Source of the DNA: Myxococcota bacterium
Lineage (GTDB): Bacteria > Myxococcota_C > UBA6777
Length of the DNA: 59,005 nucleotides
Assembly (NCBI GenBank): GCA_023150835.1
Contig: JAKLKB010000112.1
Location: 1 to 59,005, forward strand
Direction of reading: 5' to 3'
Shown: one piece after another, positions 28,644 through 38,006 of the stretch
Layout: each line of letters opens with the position of its first letter
Position numbering within the stretch: the first letter of the stretch is position 1
Program-made: the position numbers and the translations under genes
Notes under the pieces: generated by a model
Told to the model about the DNA's origin: nothing
Database searches by the model: none
The model's input: the letters and a program-made list of their open reading frames with translations, nothing else

Positions 28644-29728
28644 TCACGGGATACAACCATAACGTACGACACGAAGGTCGTATTTATCATATCCAAACAG
28701 AAGACAGTGGGATTCAATACGCGCATATCATTACGCATCTCTTTGTCGGTGGAAATATCATCTCTTCTAAGAAAAGCTCGTATGGCCATCTGCTCGACAA
28801 AGGCTTCGACGAAGAGCGCTTGGAAAAAGAGATCCAAGCGTTGATGAAAGATCAACACAAGGACATGATGCGCGAGCTAAAGGGCGGCGCGTACGACCAT
28901 ATCGGGGCGTTTAAAAAGGAAGGCGAAGCGCTGACTCCGGGGGAGGGAGGGGCCAAAAAAGTCCGAAATACCAGCCTGAGTGGTGGTCCTCAAGTGGGTG
29001 GGATCGGTGGATTGCCCGGGATGACGGCAGCGGCAGCGGATGAGGCGATCTTGGATCTCGACGCGACGGGTGGTGTGGGCGACGCAGAGGCCGAACTGGA
29101 ACAATCGCTCGAAGCGATGATGAGCGATATCGATTCGCTGTTGACGGAAGATGAAGCGGGAGCAGGACGTGGTGGGCGTGAGCGTGCGGCCTCGCGTAGC
29201 CCAAGGCGCGGACGTGAGCGGCCTTTGCTTGCGCGGGATCGCCCGACGTTTCCCTCGAACCTTGTGACCAAAGCCGATCTTCCGACGCTTGAGCGCCCCG
29301 AAGGCAACGTCGTGTTGGACACGTCATCGGCCTCTGTCGGAACATCACAAGCCACGCCGAGCGAGAAACCTTCGGAGCGTTTGCGCAACCAACGCCGCGA
29401 GCGACCTTCTTTGGATCTGCGACCTCCGAATACGCCGACGGCGGCCCAACCCCTTTTGCAGGTGGCTGCTTCTGCACAGGCTGCTGTCCCTCCCAGATCG
29501 TCCGATCCTGCGCTCGATGCGTTGTTGTATGTTGTGCTGTCCGCTTCAAAGGGTCGAGTCGATCGGGCGACGAGCGAGATGACCACACACGCTTCGCAAA
29601 AAGTTCATGTGGTGGTGCGTGGATGGGATCTGCGCCAAGAAGCTGCACAGATCGCCGAACGGTCGGCCTCCAACGCATCTGTTCAAGCGGCGGTCTCTGC
29701 TTTTCTCCAGAGGGATCGCTTGTCATGA
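28640..29728 (+). CDS. Hypothetical protein (conserved 'GYNHNV..IQTEDSG..THLF' N-terminal domain plus low-complexity tail)
   Basis: ATGA overlaps with murI and ftsE; the N-terminal motif is recalled from myxobacterial/Acidobacterial hypothetical proteins. Confidence 0.75.
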   Translation: MITGYNHNVRHEGRIYHIQTEDSGIQYAHIITHLFVGGNIISSKKSSYGHLLDKGFDEERLEKEIQALMKDQHKDMMRELKGGAYDHIGAFKKEGEALTPGEGGAKKVRNTSLSGGPQVGGIGGLPGMTAAAADEAILDLDATGGVGDAEAELEQSLEAMMSDIDSLLTEDEAGAGRGGRERAASRSPRRGRERPLLARDRPTFPSNLVTKADLPTLERPEGNVVLDTSSASVGTSQATPSEKPSERLRNQRRERPSLDLRPPNTPTAAQPLLQVAASAQAAVPPRSSDPALDALLYVVLSASKGRVDRATSEMTTHASQKVHVVVRGWDLRQEAAQIAERSASNASVQAAVSAFLQRDRLS

Positions 29729-30453
29729 TCCGCTTTTTACAGGTGTCCAAGACCTATCCCGGCCACGAACCTGTGTTGGAAGAAGTGGATTTTTCGGTGG
29801 GGCGGGGAGAATATATGTTCCTTACGGGGCGTTCGGGTGCAGGAAAAAGCACGTTGCTCAAGTTGATGATGGCGATCGAGCGCCCCTCCGAAGGGCAAGT
29901 CCTGATCGGAGGCCAAGATATCGCACGATTGAAAGCGTCGCAACTGCCGTATTTTCGGCGAAAGATCGGCGTGGTCTTCCAAGATTTCAAGCTGCTTCCG
30001 CGCCGAACAGTTTTTGAAAATGTCGCGTTTGTTTTGGAGATCATGGGCGTTGGTCGCAAGGAGATCGCCACGCGGGTGGAGCAGATCCTCCACGAAGTCG
30101 GTTTGGTGCATGTGGCCCACAAGCGCCCTGCGTTGCTGTCGGGCGGTGAAAAACAACGGGTGGCGATCGCACGCGCTTTGATCCACAAGCCGTTGCTGTT
30201 GTTGGCGGACGAACCGACAGGAAACCTCGATCCTGATATCGCGGGTGAGATCATGGAGTTGTTCGCCCAAGCGAACAGCCGAGGAACCACGTTGGTGGTG
30301 GCTACGCATGACGTGGCGATGTTGGAATCGCCGATGTATCGGCACTGTCGGATCTTGTATGTGGGTGGGGGAGATGTGATTGAACGCAGAGCCGCGACGG
30401 CACGGACAGGATCGTTTGATCGTCTTCCGTCGTTGGAGATCGAGGGGTTGTGA
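29725..30453 (+). CDS. ftsE: Cell division ABC ATPase FtsE
   Basis: GRSGAGKST, IGVVFQDFKLL, LSGGEKQR, ADEPTGNLD; followed by ftsX. Confidence 0.95.
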   Translation: MIRFLQVSKTYPGHEPVLEEVDFSVGRGEYMFLTGRSGAGKSTLLKLMMAIERPSEGQVLIGGQDIARLKASQLPYFRRKIGVVFQDFKLLPRRTVFENVAFVLEIMGVGRKEIATRVEQILHEVGLVHVAHKRPALLSGGEKQRVAIARALIHKPLLLLADEPTGNLDPDIAGEIMELFAQANSRGTTLVVATHDVAMLESPMYRHCRILYVGGGDVIERRAATARTGSFDRLPSLEIEGL

Positions 30454-31355
30454 TGTTGTATGCCTTGCGTCAGGCTTGGCGCAATGTTCGAGAAAGTTGG
30501 ACGGTGGCGCTACAGACGTGGCTGATGATGGGGATCTCGCTGTTTGTGTTGGGCGCGTTTGCTTGTTTGTCGGTGCAAGTTGAGGCGGTGTTGGCGCATT
30601 GGGAGGGTGAGGCCCCTGTCTTGGTTTACCTCAAGACCGATATCTCAACGGCGCAGCAAAAAGCCTTGCAGGCGCGCTTGTCGGCGCGCAAAGAGATCCG
30701 AAGTGTGCGTGCGATCTCTCCAGAAGAGGCGATGCGTCGTATGCGCAAAAGTCTGGGGAAAAAGAAAGATCTGTTGAAGGGCCTAGATGTCCCGTTGTTT
30801 CCGGCTTCTTTGGAGTTGGATTTGCATCCTTGGGCGCGGAGGGAACACCTGATCGAGAAGATGAGCCAAGCGATCACGCGGTGGCGAGGGGTCCAAGAGG
30901 TGGATTATGGGCGAGAATGGTTTGCGCCGCTGTGGCAGATGGCGTATTGGGTGCGTGCGATCTTGGCGGGGGGTGGATTGTTGTTGTTGTTGTGTACGAG
31001 TTTGATGGCTGCGGGGACGATCCGTTTGAGTTTGTTGTTGCACCAAGACGAGATCGAGATCATGCGGTTGGTGGGGGCGACCGAGCGTTTTGTGCGGGGG
31101 CCTTTTTACACAGAAGGCGCAGCTTCGGGGTTTTTGGCGGCGTGTTCGGCGTTGTTGGCGTTGGTGTTGTTGTTTGGTTCGGTGGATCGGTCGTATGGGG
31201 AAAGTTTTCGGGTCTTTACTTCGCTGCCGATGCGGTTTTTGTCGGTCCAGCAGGTGGGTTGGTTTTTGTTTGGGGGCTTGATGGCGGGGATCGTGGGGAG
31301 TTGGTTGGCTTTGCTCCGCCCCCCGAAACGTCAGAAAGATCGTGCGTTATGGTGA
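30450..31355 (+). CDS. ftsX: Cell division permease FtsX
   Basis: EIEIMRLVGAT..FVRGPF..EG; 4 TM segments. Confidence 0.93.
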   Translation: MMLYALRQAWRNVRESWTVALQTWLMMGISLFVLGAFACLSVQVEAVLAHWEGEAPVLVYLKTDISTAQQKALQARLSARKEIRSVRAISPEEAMRRMRKSLGKKKDLLKGLDVPLFPASLELDLHPWARREHLIEKMSQAITRWRGVQEVDYGREWFAPLWQMAYWVRAILAGGGLLLLLCTSLMAAGTIRLSLLLHQDEIEIMRLVGATERFVRGPFYTEGAASGFLAACSALLALVLLFGSVDRSYGESFRVFTSLPMRFLSVQQVGWFLFGGLMAGIVGSWLALLRPPKRQKDRALW

Positions 31356-32542
31356 GGGCATGGGTTGTTTTGTGCGTGTTTTGCGTGATGTGGGGTGGGC
31401 GGGTGTCTGCGCAAGAAGAAGATGCTGCGAGTCGTCAACGTCGTTTGGCGCGGTGGGGAGAGCGTTTGCGGATAGAGCGGTTGCGTTCGCGAGAAGGGGC
31501 TTTGCTTGAAGAGGTCGAGCGCTTGGATCAACGCAGGGTGGATCTGGAGCAACAGGAGCAGCTTTGGCAAAAGCGGGCCGAGGATGTGAAGAAAAAAGTG
31601 CAAGAGGCGCAGCAAGAAGTTGCCTTGCAAAAAGAGATCAGCCGTGTGATGGTGCAGACGATGCGTCCGAGGCTACGGTTGTTTTACCGCGTGTCTCGGT
31701 TGGGTCACGGTCGGATCTTGCTTGGGAGTCGGACGTTGCGGGCGATGGCTTTGCGATGGCGTTTGTTGCGGGTATTGACGGCGCACGATCTCAAGATGTT
31801 GCAGGATTATCAACAGATGCGCCGCAAAGTAGAGCAAAGTGTCGAGAAGATGGAGCGTGAAAACAGCCGACTCAAGGCGATTCTTGACAAGTTGCGCAAG
31901 CAACAAACGCAGATCCTTGGCTACAAGCGAGAAAAACAAGCGGCGTTGCAGTTGATTTACCAAGAGGCCGATCTTTACAAACGAGCCGCGCAAGAGATGC
32001 AACAGAGCGGCCAAGGGCTGACGCAGATGCTGCGGGGGGCATCGGGGCAAGCAGCAGCGCAAGGGGTGAGTGCGCTAAAAGGGCGGCTACCATGGCCGAT
32101 TCAAGGATTTACGCCTTATTGCGAGCAGTACAAGTTGTACCAAGAAGGCTCATTTCGTGCGCTGCACTGCGAAAAAATGGGGCGCACGCCCAAACCTCTA
32201 CGAACCCCGTTGGGTCGAGCGGGGATCACGATGGCCGTTCCGGCAGGAGCGCCGATCCAGTCGGTTGCAACGGGCCGTGTTGCTTACCAAGGTTGGCGTC
32301 GTGGGTATGGGCTTGTTTTGATCTTGGATCACGGCCATCGTTTTTATACGGTGTACGCGCACCTTTCGAGCACGGCAACGCAACAAGGCCAAGTCGTCTC
32401 TGTGGGTGAGGTGATCGGTTTAAGCGGCGCAACGGGGGCGATCAGCGGCCCTGCTTTGTATTTTGAAGTCCGTTATCCTGTGCGTCCACAACCCCCCGAA
32501 GATTGGCTTCGGGCGGTGCAGCCTCCCCAAGAAAACCCTTGA
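31349..32542 (+). CDS. envC: Murein hydrolase activator EnvC-like (coiled coil + degenerate M23/LytM)
   Basis: Signal peptide, long coiled coil, KGRLPWP, GYG..LILDHG...TVYAHL, LYFEVR; position after ftsX. Confidence 0.88.
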   Translation: MVRAWVVLCVFCVMWGGRVSAQEEDAASRQRRLARWGERLRIERLRSREGALLEEVERLDQRRVDLEQQEQLWQKRAEDVKKKVQEAQQEVALQKEISRVMVQTMRPRLRLFYRVSRLGHGRILLGSRTLRAMALRWRLLRVLTAHDLKMLQDYQQMRRKVEQSVEKMERENSRLKAILDKLRKQQTQILGYKREKQAALQLIYQEADLYKRAAQEMQQSGQGLTQMLRGASGQAAAQGVSALKGRLPWPIQGFTPYCEQYKLYQEGSFRALHCEKMGRTPKPLRTPLGRAGITMAVPAGAPIQSVATGRVAYQGWRRGYGLVLILDHGHRFYTVYAHLSSTATQQGQVVSVGEVIGLSGATGAISGPALYFEVRYPVRPQPPEDWLRAVQPPQENP

Positions 32543-32570
32543 GGTTGTGGGGCAATGGAGTGATCCCCCG

Positions 32571-33794
32571 ATGCGAAGAATGCGTGATACCTTGTTTTTC
32601 CTTGGAGGCTTGTTGGCAGGGATGTACATGGTGCGTTTCGCTTTTGGTGAGCAAGGCGACTTGTACCAGAGCCGATACAAAAAGCTCGATATCTTTGCTT
32701 CGGTGTTGAGTCATATCGAAAATGACTATGTGGATGCGGTGGATAGTAAAAAGCTGATCTACGGTGCGATCAAAGGGATGACGGATCAGCTTGATCCGTA
32801 CACGGTGTTTATTCCGCCGAACTTGTACCAAGAGATGAAGGCCGATACATCGGGAGAATATGGTGGACCGGGGGTCGAGATCACCAAAAAGGGCGAACAG
32901 ATCGTGGTGATCTCGCCTGTGCCGGATTCTCCTGCACAACGGGGAGGGCTGCTTGCAGAGGATCAGATCGTCCAAGTGGGGGATGTGGCTGTGCGAGGCA
33001 AGACGGTGTTTTCGGTGCGCCGACTGATGCGGGGGCGACCCGGGACGGAGGTTGTGCTTTGGGTCATGCGCAAGGGCTGGCCGAAGCCACGGCGGTTTGT
33101 GCTGATTCGTGAGCAGATCCGCGTCTTGAGCGTGGAGGCACGGATGTTGGAAAAAGGCTATTACTACTTGCGGATCAAGAGCTTTCAGGATCGGACCGAG
33201 CGGCAAATGAAGGAAGCGCTCGAACGGATGCAGCGCAAAGGTCCGATCATGGGGGTGATTCTTGATCTGCGCAACAACCCGGGGGGGTTGTTTGATCAGT
33301 CGGTGCGTGTTGCGGATCTGTTTGTCAATTCGGGTTTAATCGTGGCAGCGCGTGGGCGCAATCCGCGCAAGGTGGAGCGTGAATATGCGCACGAAAAGGG
33401 GACGTACCTGCATTTTCCGATCGTTTGTTTGATCAACGGCGGGACGGCTTCAGCGGCAGAGATCGTCACAGGAGCGCTCCAAGATCATCGGCGTGCGTTG
33501 GTTCTTGGGACGGAGAGTTTTGGCAAAGGCTCGGTGCAGACGATCATCGATCTTGCCGATGGTTCGGGACTTAAAATGACCATCGCACGTTACTATACGC
33601 CTCTTGGTCGGCTGATCCACGGAAAGCGCATCCAACCCGATGTCGAAGTCGAGATCACGGCCTCTGAAGACACACAAGTCAAAGAAGCGCTGCGCTACCT
33701 TCAGCAAAAAGCTCTCTACCAAAAAGCCCTTGGCAAGGGGCTTCCTGCCGAAATGCGCACTCGCTTTCCTGACGCGACACCCGCACAGCCCTGA
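32571..33794 (+). CDS. ctpA: S41 carboxy-terminal processing protease (PDZ)
   Basis: LDLRNNPGG, TASAAEI, SFGKGSVQ, YYTP. Confidence 0.93.
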   Translation: MRRMRDTLFFLGGLLAGMYMVRFAFGEQGDLYQSRYKKLDIFASVLSHIENDYVDAVDSKKLIYGAIKGMTDQLDPYTVFIPPNLYQEMKADTSGEYGGPGVEITKKGEQIVVISPVPDSPAQRGGLLAEDQIVQVGDVAVRGKTVFSVRRLMRGRPGTEVVLWVMRKGWPKPRRFVLIREQIRVLSVEARMLEKGYYYLRIKSFQDRTERQMKEALERMQRKGPIMGVILDLRNNPGGLFDQSVRVADLFVNSGLIVAARGRNPRKVEREYAHEKGTYLHFPIVCLINGGTASAAEIVTGALQDHRRALVLGTESFGKGSVQTIIDLADGSGLKMTIARYYTPLGRLIHGKRIQPDVEVEITASEDTQVKEALRYLQQKALYQKALGKGLPAEMRTRFPDATPAQP

Positions 33795-33859
33795 TCTTTC
33801 GGGCGCTCGCCAAGGATCGAATCTTCGGAAAAAAGGTGGCTCGATAGAAAGGGCTGATA

Positions 33860-34095
33860 CGAAATTCGCCCGCAGTGTTGTCGTGAAAACGTAGGGGCAG
33901 TACCACGTAACCGCCCATGAATAGGGCGTCTACGCACGACCCTTCGATCACACATCACACGGATATCGTACGATACGATATCCGCAGGGTGTGTGATCCC
34001 AAAACGTAGGGGCAGACAGGTGTGGCTGCCCAACGATCGGGTGTCTACGCACTATCCTATGGGAACACATCACTCGGATATCGTATGACACGATA
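33860..34095 (+). repeat. Two tandem family A MITE/REP copies between convergent genes
   Basis: Two GTAGGGGCAG..CCC hairpins, each followed by GTCTACGCAC..CACATCAC.CGGATATCGTA. Confidence 0.85.
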
Positions 34096-34473
34096 TCAAC
34101 AGGTAGGGAGGGTTGAGGAGGAGGGCAGGAGAAGGGACAGTCGGCGAAATTCGTGTTCAAAGGCATCGACACAGCGGTCGATATCGGGGGGATGTTGGAG
34201 GCGGACAGCATTTTCTAGGCGGATAGCGGCTTGATGAAGGGAGCCTTCACCGAGTTGGCTGCAACAGCCCTTGAGGGTGTGTGCTTCGCGCAAGGCGTTC
34301 GCGGTGTTTTTTTGTTGGAGAGCTTGTTTCAATTGGGCGAGGCGTTGGGTGGTTTCTTCGACAAAGAGCAGCACGAGGCTGTACATCAATTCGGGATCGT
34401 TGCTTGTGACTTCGCGCAGGTAGGCTGCATCGAAGATGTCGGTCGATTGGAGAAAAAGATCATCTTTGCGCAT
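34096..34473 (-). CDS. Hpt (histidine phosphotransfer) domain protein
   Basis: AHTLKGCCSQLG motif; stand-alone, about 125 aa. Confidence 0.88.
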   Translation of the reverse strand: MRKDDLFLQSTDIFDAAYLREVTSNDPELMYSLVLLFVEETTQRLAQLKQALQQKNTANALREAHTLKGCCSQLGEGSLHQAAIRLENAVRLQHPPDIDRCVDAFEHEFRRLSLLLPSSSTLPTC

Positions 34474-34779
34474 CGCGTACGGGTCTTTCCAGTCCACGGT
34501 TTGGGTGGCGGGGAGCGGGTGGCAAGTCGAGTCTTGCAGGACAAAACAGCCAAGGTATCGAGTGTTTGGGTATGGTTGTAGAGGACAACCGAACAAAACG
34601 CAAGAGATCTTACAGTTTGCGAGAAAATGTTTTGCGTCTTGTGATGTTGTGGTGGATTGTTTGAGTTCGCTTGACCAAGCGGGTCGGTTGCTTTTATGCT
34701 GCGCGAAAGACGTCTGTTTTTTGCATCTTGCGAAAGGAGGCTTGGGCTTTTGTTGTTTGGCAAAAGCACTATCCCAAGG

Positions 34780-35196
34780 ATGAGAGAGGCTTCGTTTGGT
34801 ATCGTTCCCTATTTCGTCGATGGTTATCGTTATCTGTATCTCGTTGTCCAACATCACGGCGGCCATTGGGGCTTTCCAAAAGGTCACCCAAACGATGGCG
34901 AAAGCTTTTTTCAGACGGCCCAACGGGAGTTTGAAGAAGAGACGGGGATCCGCCAGTACCAACTCGATCCGCAGCGGGCATTTGTGGAAAGTTATGTCTT
35001 TGACAAGGGTCGGACCGAAGTGGCCAAGACGGTCACTTACTATTCAGCCCGCGTTTTTTCGCTCGAAGTTCGCCTACAATCAGCAGAGATCAACGATCAT
35101 CGTTGGTTACCTTTTGAGGACGCGATTAAGCAGCTGACATTCGACGGGAGCAAACAAGTCCTTGTCGAAGTGCGCAACGTGATTGAACGATATTAA
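34780..35196 (+). CDS. NUDIX hydrolase (Ap4A hydrolase-like)
   Basis: HWGFPKGH...GE....AQREFEEETG Nudix box; KTVTYY. Confidence 0.92.
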   Translation: MREASFGIVPYFVDGYRYLYLVVQHHGGHWGFPKGHPNDGESFFQTAQREFEEETGIRQYQLDPQRAFVESYVFDKGRTEVAKTVTYYSARVFSLEVRLQSAEINDHRWLPFEDAIKQLTFDGSKQVLVEVRNVIERY

Positions 35197-35218
35197 GCAT
35201 CGGAAAGGTTTGTCAGAC

Positions 35219-35674
35219 GTGTCGAGAGAAGAGAGTGGGCAGGTTCGATCTCGGATGGAGTTTCGTGTGCGGTATGTGGAGACCGATCAGATGGGGGTAG
35301 TGCATCACGCATCATATCTGGATTGGCTTGAAGAAGGCCGCATGGACTATATGCGCAAGCGTGGGTTGTCGTACGCAAAGATCGAAGAGATGGGGTTTTT
35401 CTTGCCGGTGGTGGAGTGCAAAGTGCGTTATTTGGCTTCTGCACGTTTTGAGCAGGAGCTTGTGTTGTTTTCGTGGATCAAAGAGATCCAGCCGTTGATG
35501 GCGTTGTTTGCGTATCGTTTGGAGGACAAGGCCAGCGGTCAGTTGTTGTTAACGGGACATACAAAACACGTCTGTGTGACGCGTTCAGGGGAAGTTCAAG
35601 AGATCCCGTATGTGTGGGTCGAATCTCTCGCCCCCGAGTTGTTGGGGGCAAGAGATCTCGAACACAACGATTGA
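35219..35674 (+). CDS. Acyl-CoA thioesterase, YbgC/FadM family
   Basis: RVRYVETDQMGVVHHASY..WLEEGR. Confidence 0.92.
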   Translation: MSREESGQVRSRMEFRVRYVETDQMGVVHHASYLDWLEEGRMDYMRKRGLSYAKIEEMGFFLPVVECKVRYLASARFEQELVLFSWIKEIQPLMALFAYRLEDKASGQLLLTGHTKHVCVTRSGEVQEIPYVWVESLAPELLGARDLEHND

Positions 35675-35688
35675 ACGTTCGGAGCGAG

Positions 35689-35798
35689 ACGATATCCGAG
35701 TGATCTGTGATCGTCGGAGAGTGCGTAAGTACACGATTCTTGGGCGGCCACGCCTTGCTGCCCGACACCTTTACGATAACGCAACGGGCGGATCTCGT
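35689..35798 (-). repeat. Degenerate family A MITE copy
   Basis: ACGATATCCGAGTGA...GGGCGGCCAC..GCTGCCC...ACGGGCGGATCTCGT. Confidence 0.75.
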
Positions 35799-35811
35799 GT
35801 GGGTGGCATTC

Positions 35812-36033
35812 GCGTTTGATGCGGAATGTTCGGATGCGCGGGGGGTAGCGTTCGATGCGGAATGTTCGGAAGTGTTGGGGGAAGTGTAGAGAACGGGGTC
35901 TTGTGCATCGCACGGTAGCGTTCGATGCGGAATGTTCGGAAGAGTCGAGGGGGCGTTCGATGCGGAATGTTCGGAAGAGTCGAGGGGGCGTTCGATGCGG
36001 AACGTTCGGAAGAGTCAGGGGTTAGCGTTCGAT
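35812..36033. repeat. ~35-bp-period tandem repeat GCGTTCGATGCGGAATGTTCGGAAG(AGTCGAGGGG)
   Basis: Copies at about 35812, 35848, 35918, 35953 and 35988, plus a partial copy at 36025 overlapping the thiolase 3' end. Confidence 0.88.
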
Positions 36034-37200
36034 CAAGATCGCGGCTCCCATGCCACCACCCACGCAGAGCGTAGCGAGACCGATGTGGAGATCGCGTCGT
36101 TTCATTTCGTAGAGTAGGGTGGTGGTGATGCGGCAGCCTGTCGCTCCGACGGGATGGCCGAGAGAGATGCCCGAACCGTTGACGTTGGTGATATCGCGGT
36201 TGAGTTCGAGGCCCTTTTCACAAGCGAGATATTGTGCAGCGAAAGCTTCGTTGACTTCGATCAGTTGGAGGTCGGCGAGGCTTTTGCCTGCGCGTTGAAG
36301 TAACTTTTTGACCGCAGGGACGGGGCCGTAGCCCATGCGTTCGGGTTCAACACCAGCTTTGCTGTGGGCGGTGATCTTGGCCAAGACAGGTGCGCCAAGG
36401 CTGCGAGCGCGTTCTTCGGACATCAGCACCATCATTGCGGCTCCGTCGTTAATGCCTGAGGCGTTGCCAGCGGTGACGGTTCCGTCTTTTTTGAAGGCGG
36501 GTTTGAGTTTGGCGAGTGTTTCGCGGGTGGTGCCACGGCGGGGATGTTCGTCAGTTTTAATGATCTGCTCGCCTTTGCGGGTTTTGTGGATATAAGGGTG
36601 GATCTCTTCTTGAAATCGCCCTGCGTCGATGGCTGCGATGGCGCGTGTATGGCTGGTTTCAGCGAGGATATCTTGTTCTTCGCGGCTGATGGAGAACTCT
36701 GTGGCGAGGTTTTCTGCCGTGATGCCCATGTGGAAATGCCCGAGCGGATCGGTCAATCCTTCGAGCAAGGCGTCCGTGGCTTGAAGGTGCCCCATGCGCC
36801 CGCCCCAACGGGCCTCTTTGAGTACATAGGGGATGTTGCTCATATTTTCGACGCCGCCCACCAAGACTGCTTCGGCATCGCCTGTCATGATCTGCTGCAT
36901 CCCGCTGAAGATCGCCTGCATACCCGAAGCGCACTGACGTTGGATGGTCATTCCTGTGGCGGTGTGGGGGATACCTGCCTTGAGTCCGATCACGCGGGCG
37001 ATATTGATCTCGTCGGTGCGCATCATACAATGCCCGAGGATCACGTCTTCGATCAGCGCTGGATCGATCTGTGCGCGCCGAAGGGCTTCTTTGGCGATCT
37101 CCGTTCCCAACTCACTCGCCGAGATATCTTTGTAGATGCCTCCAAACGAACCGATCGCCGAGCGTACCGCTGACACGATCACGGCATTCTTGAATCCCAT
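36022..37200 (-). CDS. Acetyl-CoA C-acetyltransferase (thiolase)
   Basis: QCASG, VTAGNASGINDGAA, NEAFA, GHPVGATG, LCVGGGMG. Confidence 0.97.
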   Translation of the reverse strand: MGFKNAVIVSAVRSAIGSFGGIYKDISASELGTEIAKEALRRAQIDPALIEDVILGHCMMRTDEINIARVIGLKAGIPHTATGMTIQRQCASGMQAIFSGMQQIMTGDAEAVLVGGVENMSNIPYVLKEARWGGRMGHLQATDALLEGLTDPLGHFHMGITAENLATEFSISREEQDILAETSHTRAIAAIDAGRFQEEIHPYIHKTRKGEQIIKTDEHPRRGTTRETLAKLKPAFKKDGTVTAGNASGINDGAAMMVLMSEERARSLGAPVLAKITAHSKAGVEPERMGYGPVPAVKKLLQRAGKSLADLQLIEVNEAFAAQYLACEKGLELNRDITNVNGSGISLGHPVGATGCRITTTLLYEMKRRDLHIGLATLCVGGGMGAAILIER

Positions 37201-37224
37201 CGAGACTTCTCCTTTTGCGTTTGT

Positions 37225-38001
37225 TTAGCGATAATCGCGGGTGACGTGTACTTTGATCGAGAAGAGGTTGTAGAAGTATTTGGCGGTCCACAGCAGGCCG
37301 GAATTTTGATCGTGTGAGGTGTCGGTGGCAAAGTCTTGATACCAGACACGCAAGACGCGCTTTGTACGGGCTTTGCGTGAATTAAGATCAAGTCCTGCGA
37401 CACCTTTGTCCCACATCGCGTAAGGATCGGAGACATCGTTGGTTTCAGCGGTGTGGAGGCTGATGTGTCCGCCGTCTTGGTATTCGCCAAAAGCAGCGAC
37501 GTCATCAACGTGCTGCGAATAAAAACGGATGAAGTCTTCTTTTGTCCCGATCCAGCCGCCGCTTTGCATGAGTGTTTTGTGAGCGGGCGAGCCTTTACGG
37601 AAGAATTGAGCCATGGTCTGATCGACAAAGTAGCGTTTTCCGTCGAGGTCAAAGTAGGTGAGCATGTGCATGGTGCGGGGCTGAAAGAGGTGAGCGGATA
37701 TGCCCATCCGGGTGAGATAAGCGGCGCTATAAGCTGCGCCGATGTGGCAGTAGCTACCGTCCAAAGGGAATCCCATCGAGATCATGCGTGGGATCGAGCG
37801 GCGCAAATAGGCGCGTATCTTGTGGAGGGTGTCTTGTTTTTGCGGATGTAACGCACGTACGTTCGATGTACCCGATGTTTTTGCAACAGGGTATGCCCGG
37901 CTGTGTGGCCTTGGTGGGCTTGGTTTGGCTTGAGCGGGAGGGGGTGTAGCGTGCGTGGGGTGGAGCAAAAACAGGAGCGAGAGCAGGAAGGTGGTGTTCA
38001 T
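37225..38001 (-). CDS. Secreted transglutaminase/papain-like Cys-His-Asp protein
   Basis: Signal peptide (THA-); YCHIGAAYSAAYLTRMGISA...HMLTY...GKRYFVDQTMAQF has the C-helix-GI.A / H-strand / Y.VD.T..QF layout of transglutaminase-like enzymes. Confidence 0.65.
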   Translation of the reverse strand: MNTTFLLSLLFLLHPTHATPPPAQAKPSPPRPHSRAYPVAKTSGTSNVRALHPQKQDTLHKIRAYLRRSIPRMISMGFPLDGSYCHIGAAYSAAYLTRMGISAHLFQPRTMHMLTYFDLDGKRYFVDQTMAQFFRKGSPAHKTLMQSGGWIGTKEDFIRFYSQHVDDVAAFGEYQDGGHISLHTAETNDVSDPYAMWDKGVAGLDLNSRKARTKRVLRVWYQDFATDTSHDQNSGLLWTAKYFYNLFSIKVHVTRDYR

Positions 38002-38006
38002 CGATT

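Noticed and set aside
34474-34962. Long N-terminal extension of the Hpt ORF
   Set aside because: It overlaps the divergent NUDIX gene; ATG at 34473 gives a typical stand-alone Hpt
35812-36033. CRISPR array
   Set aside because: Inter-repeat segments are only about 10-12 bp and mostly identical; this is a tandem repeat
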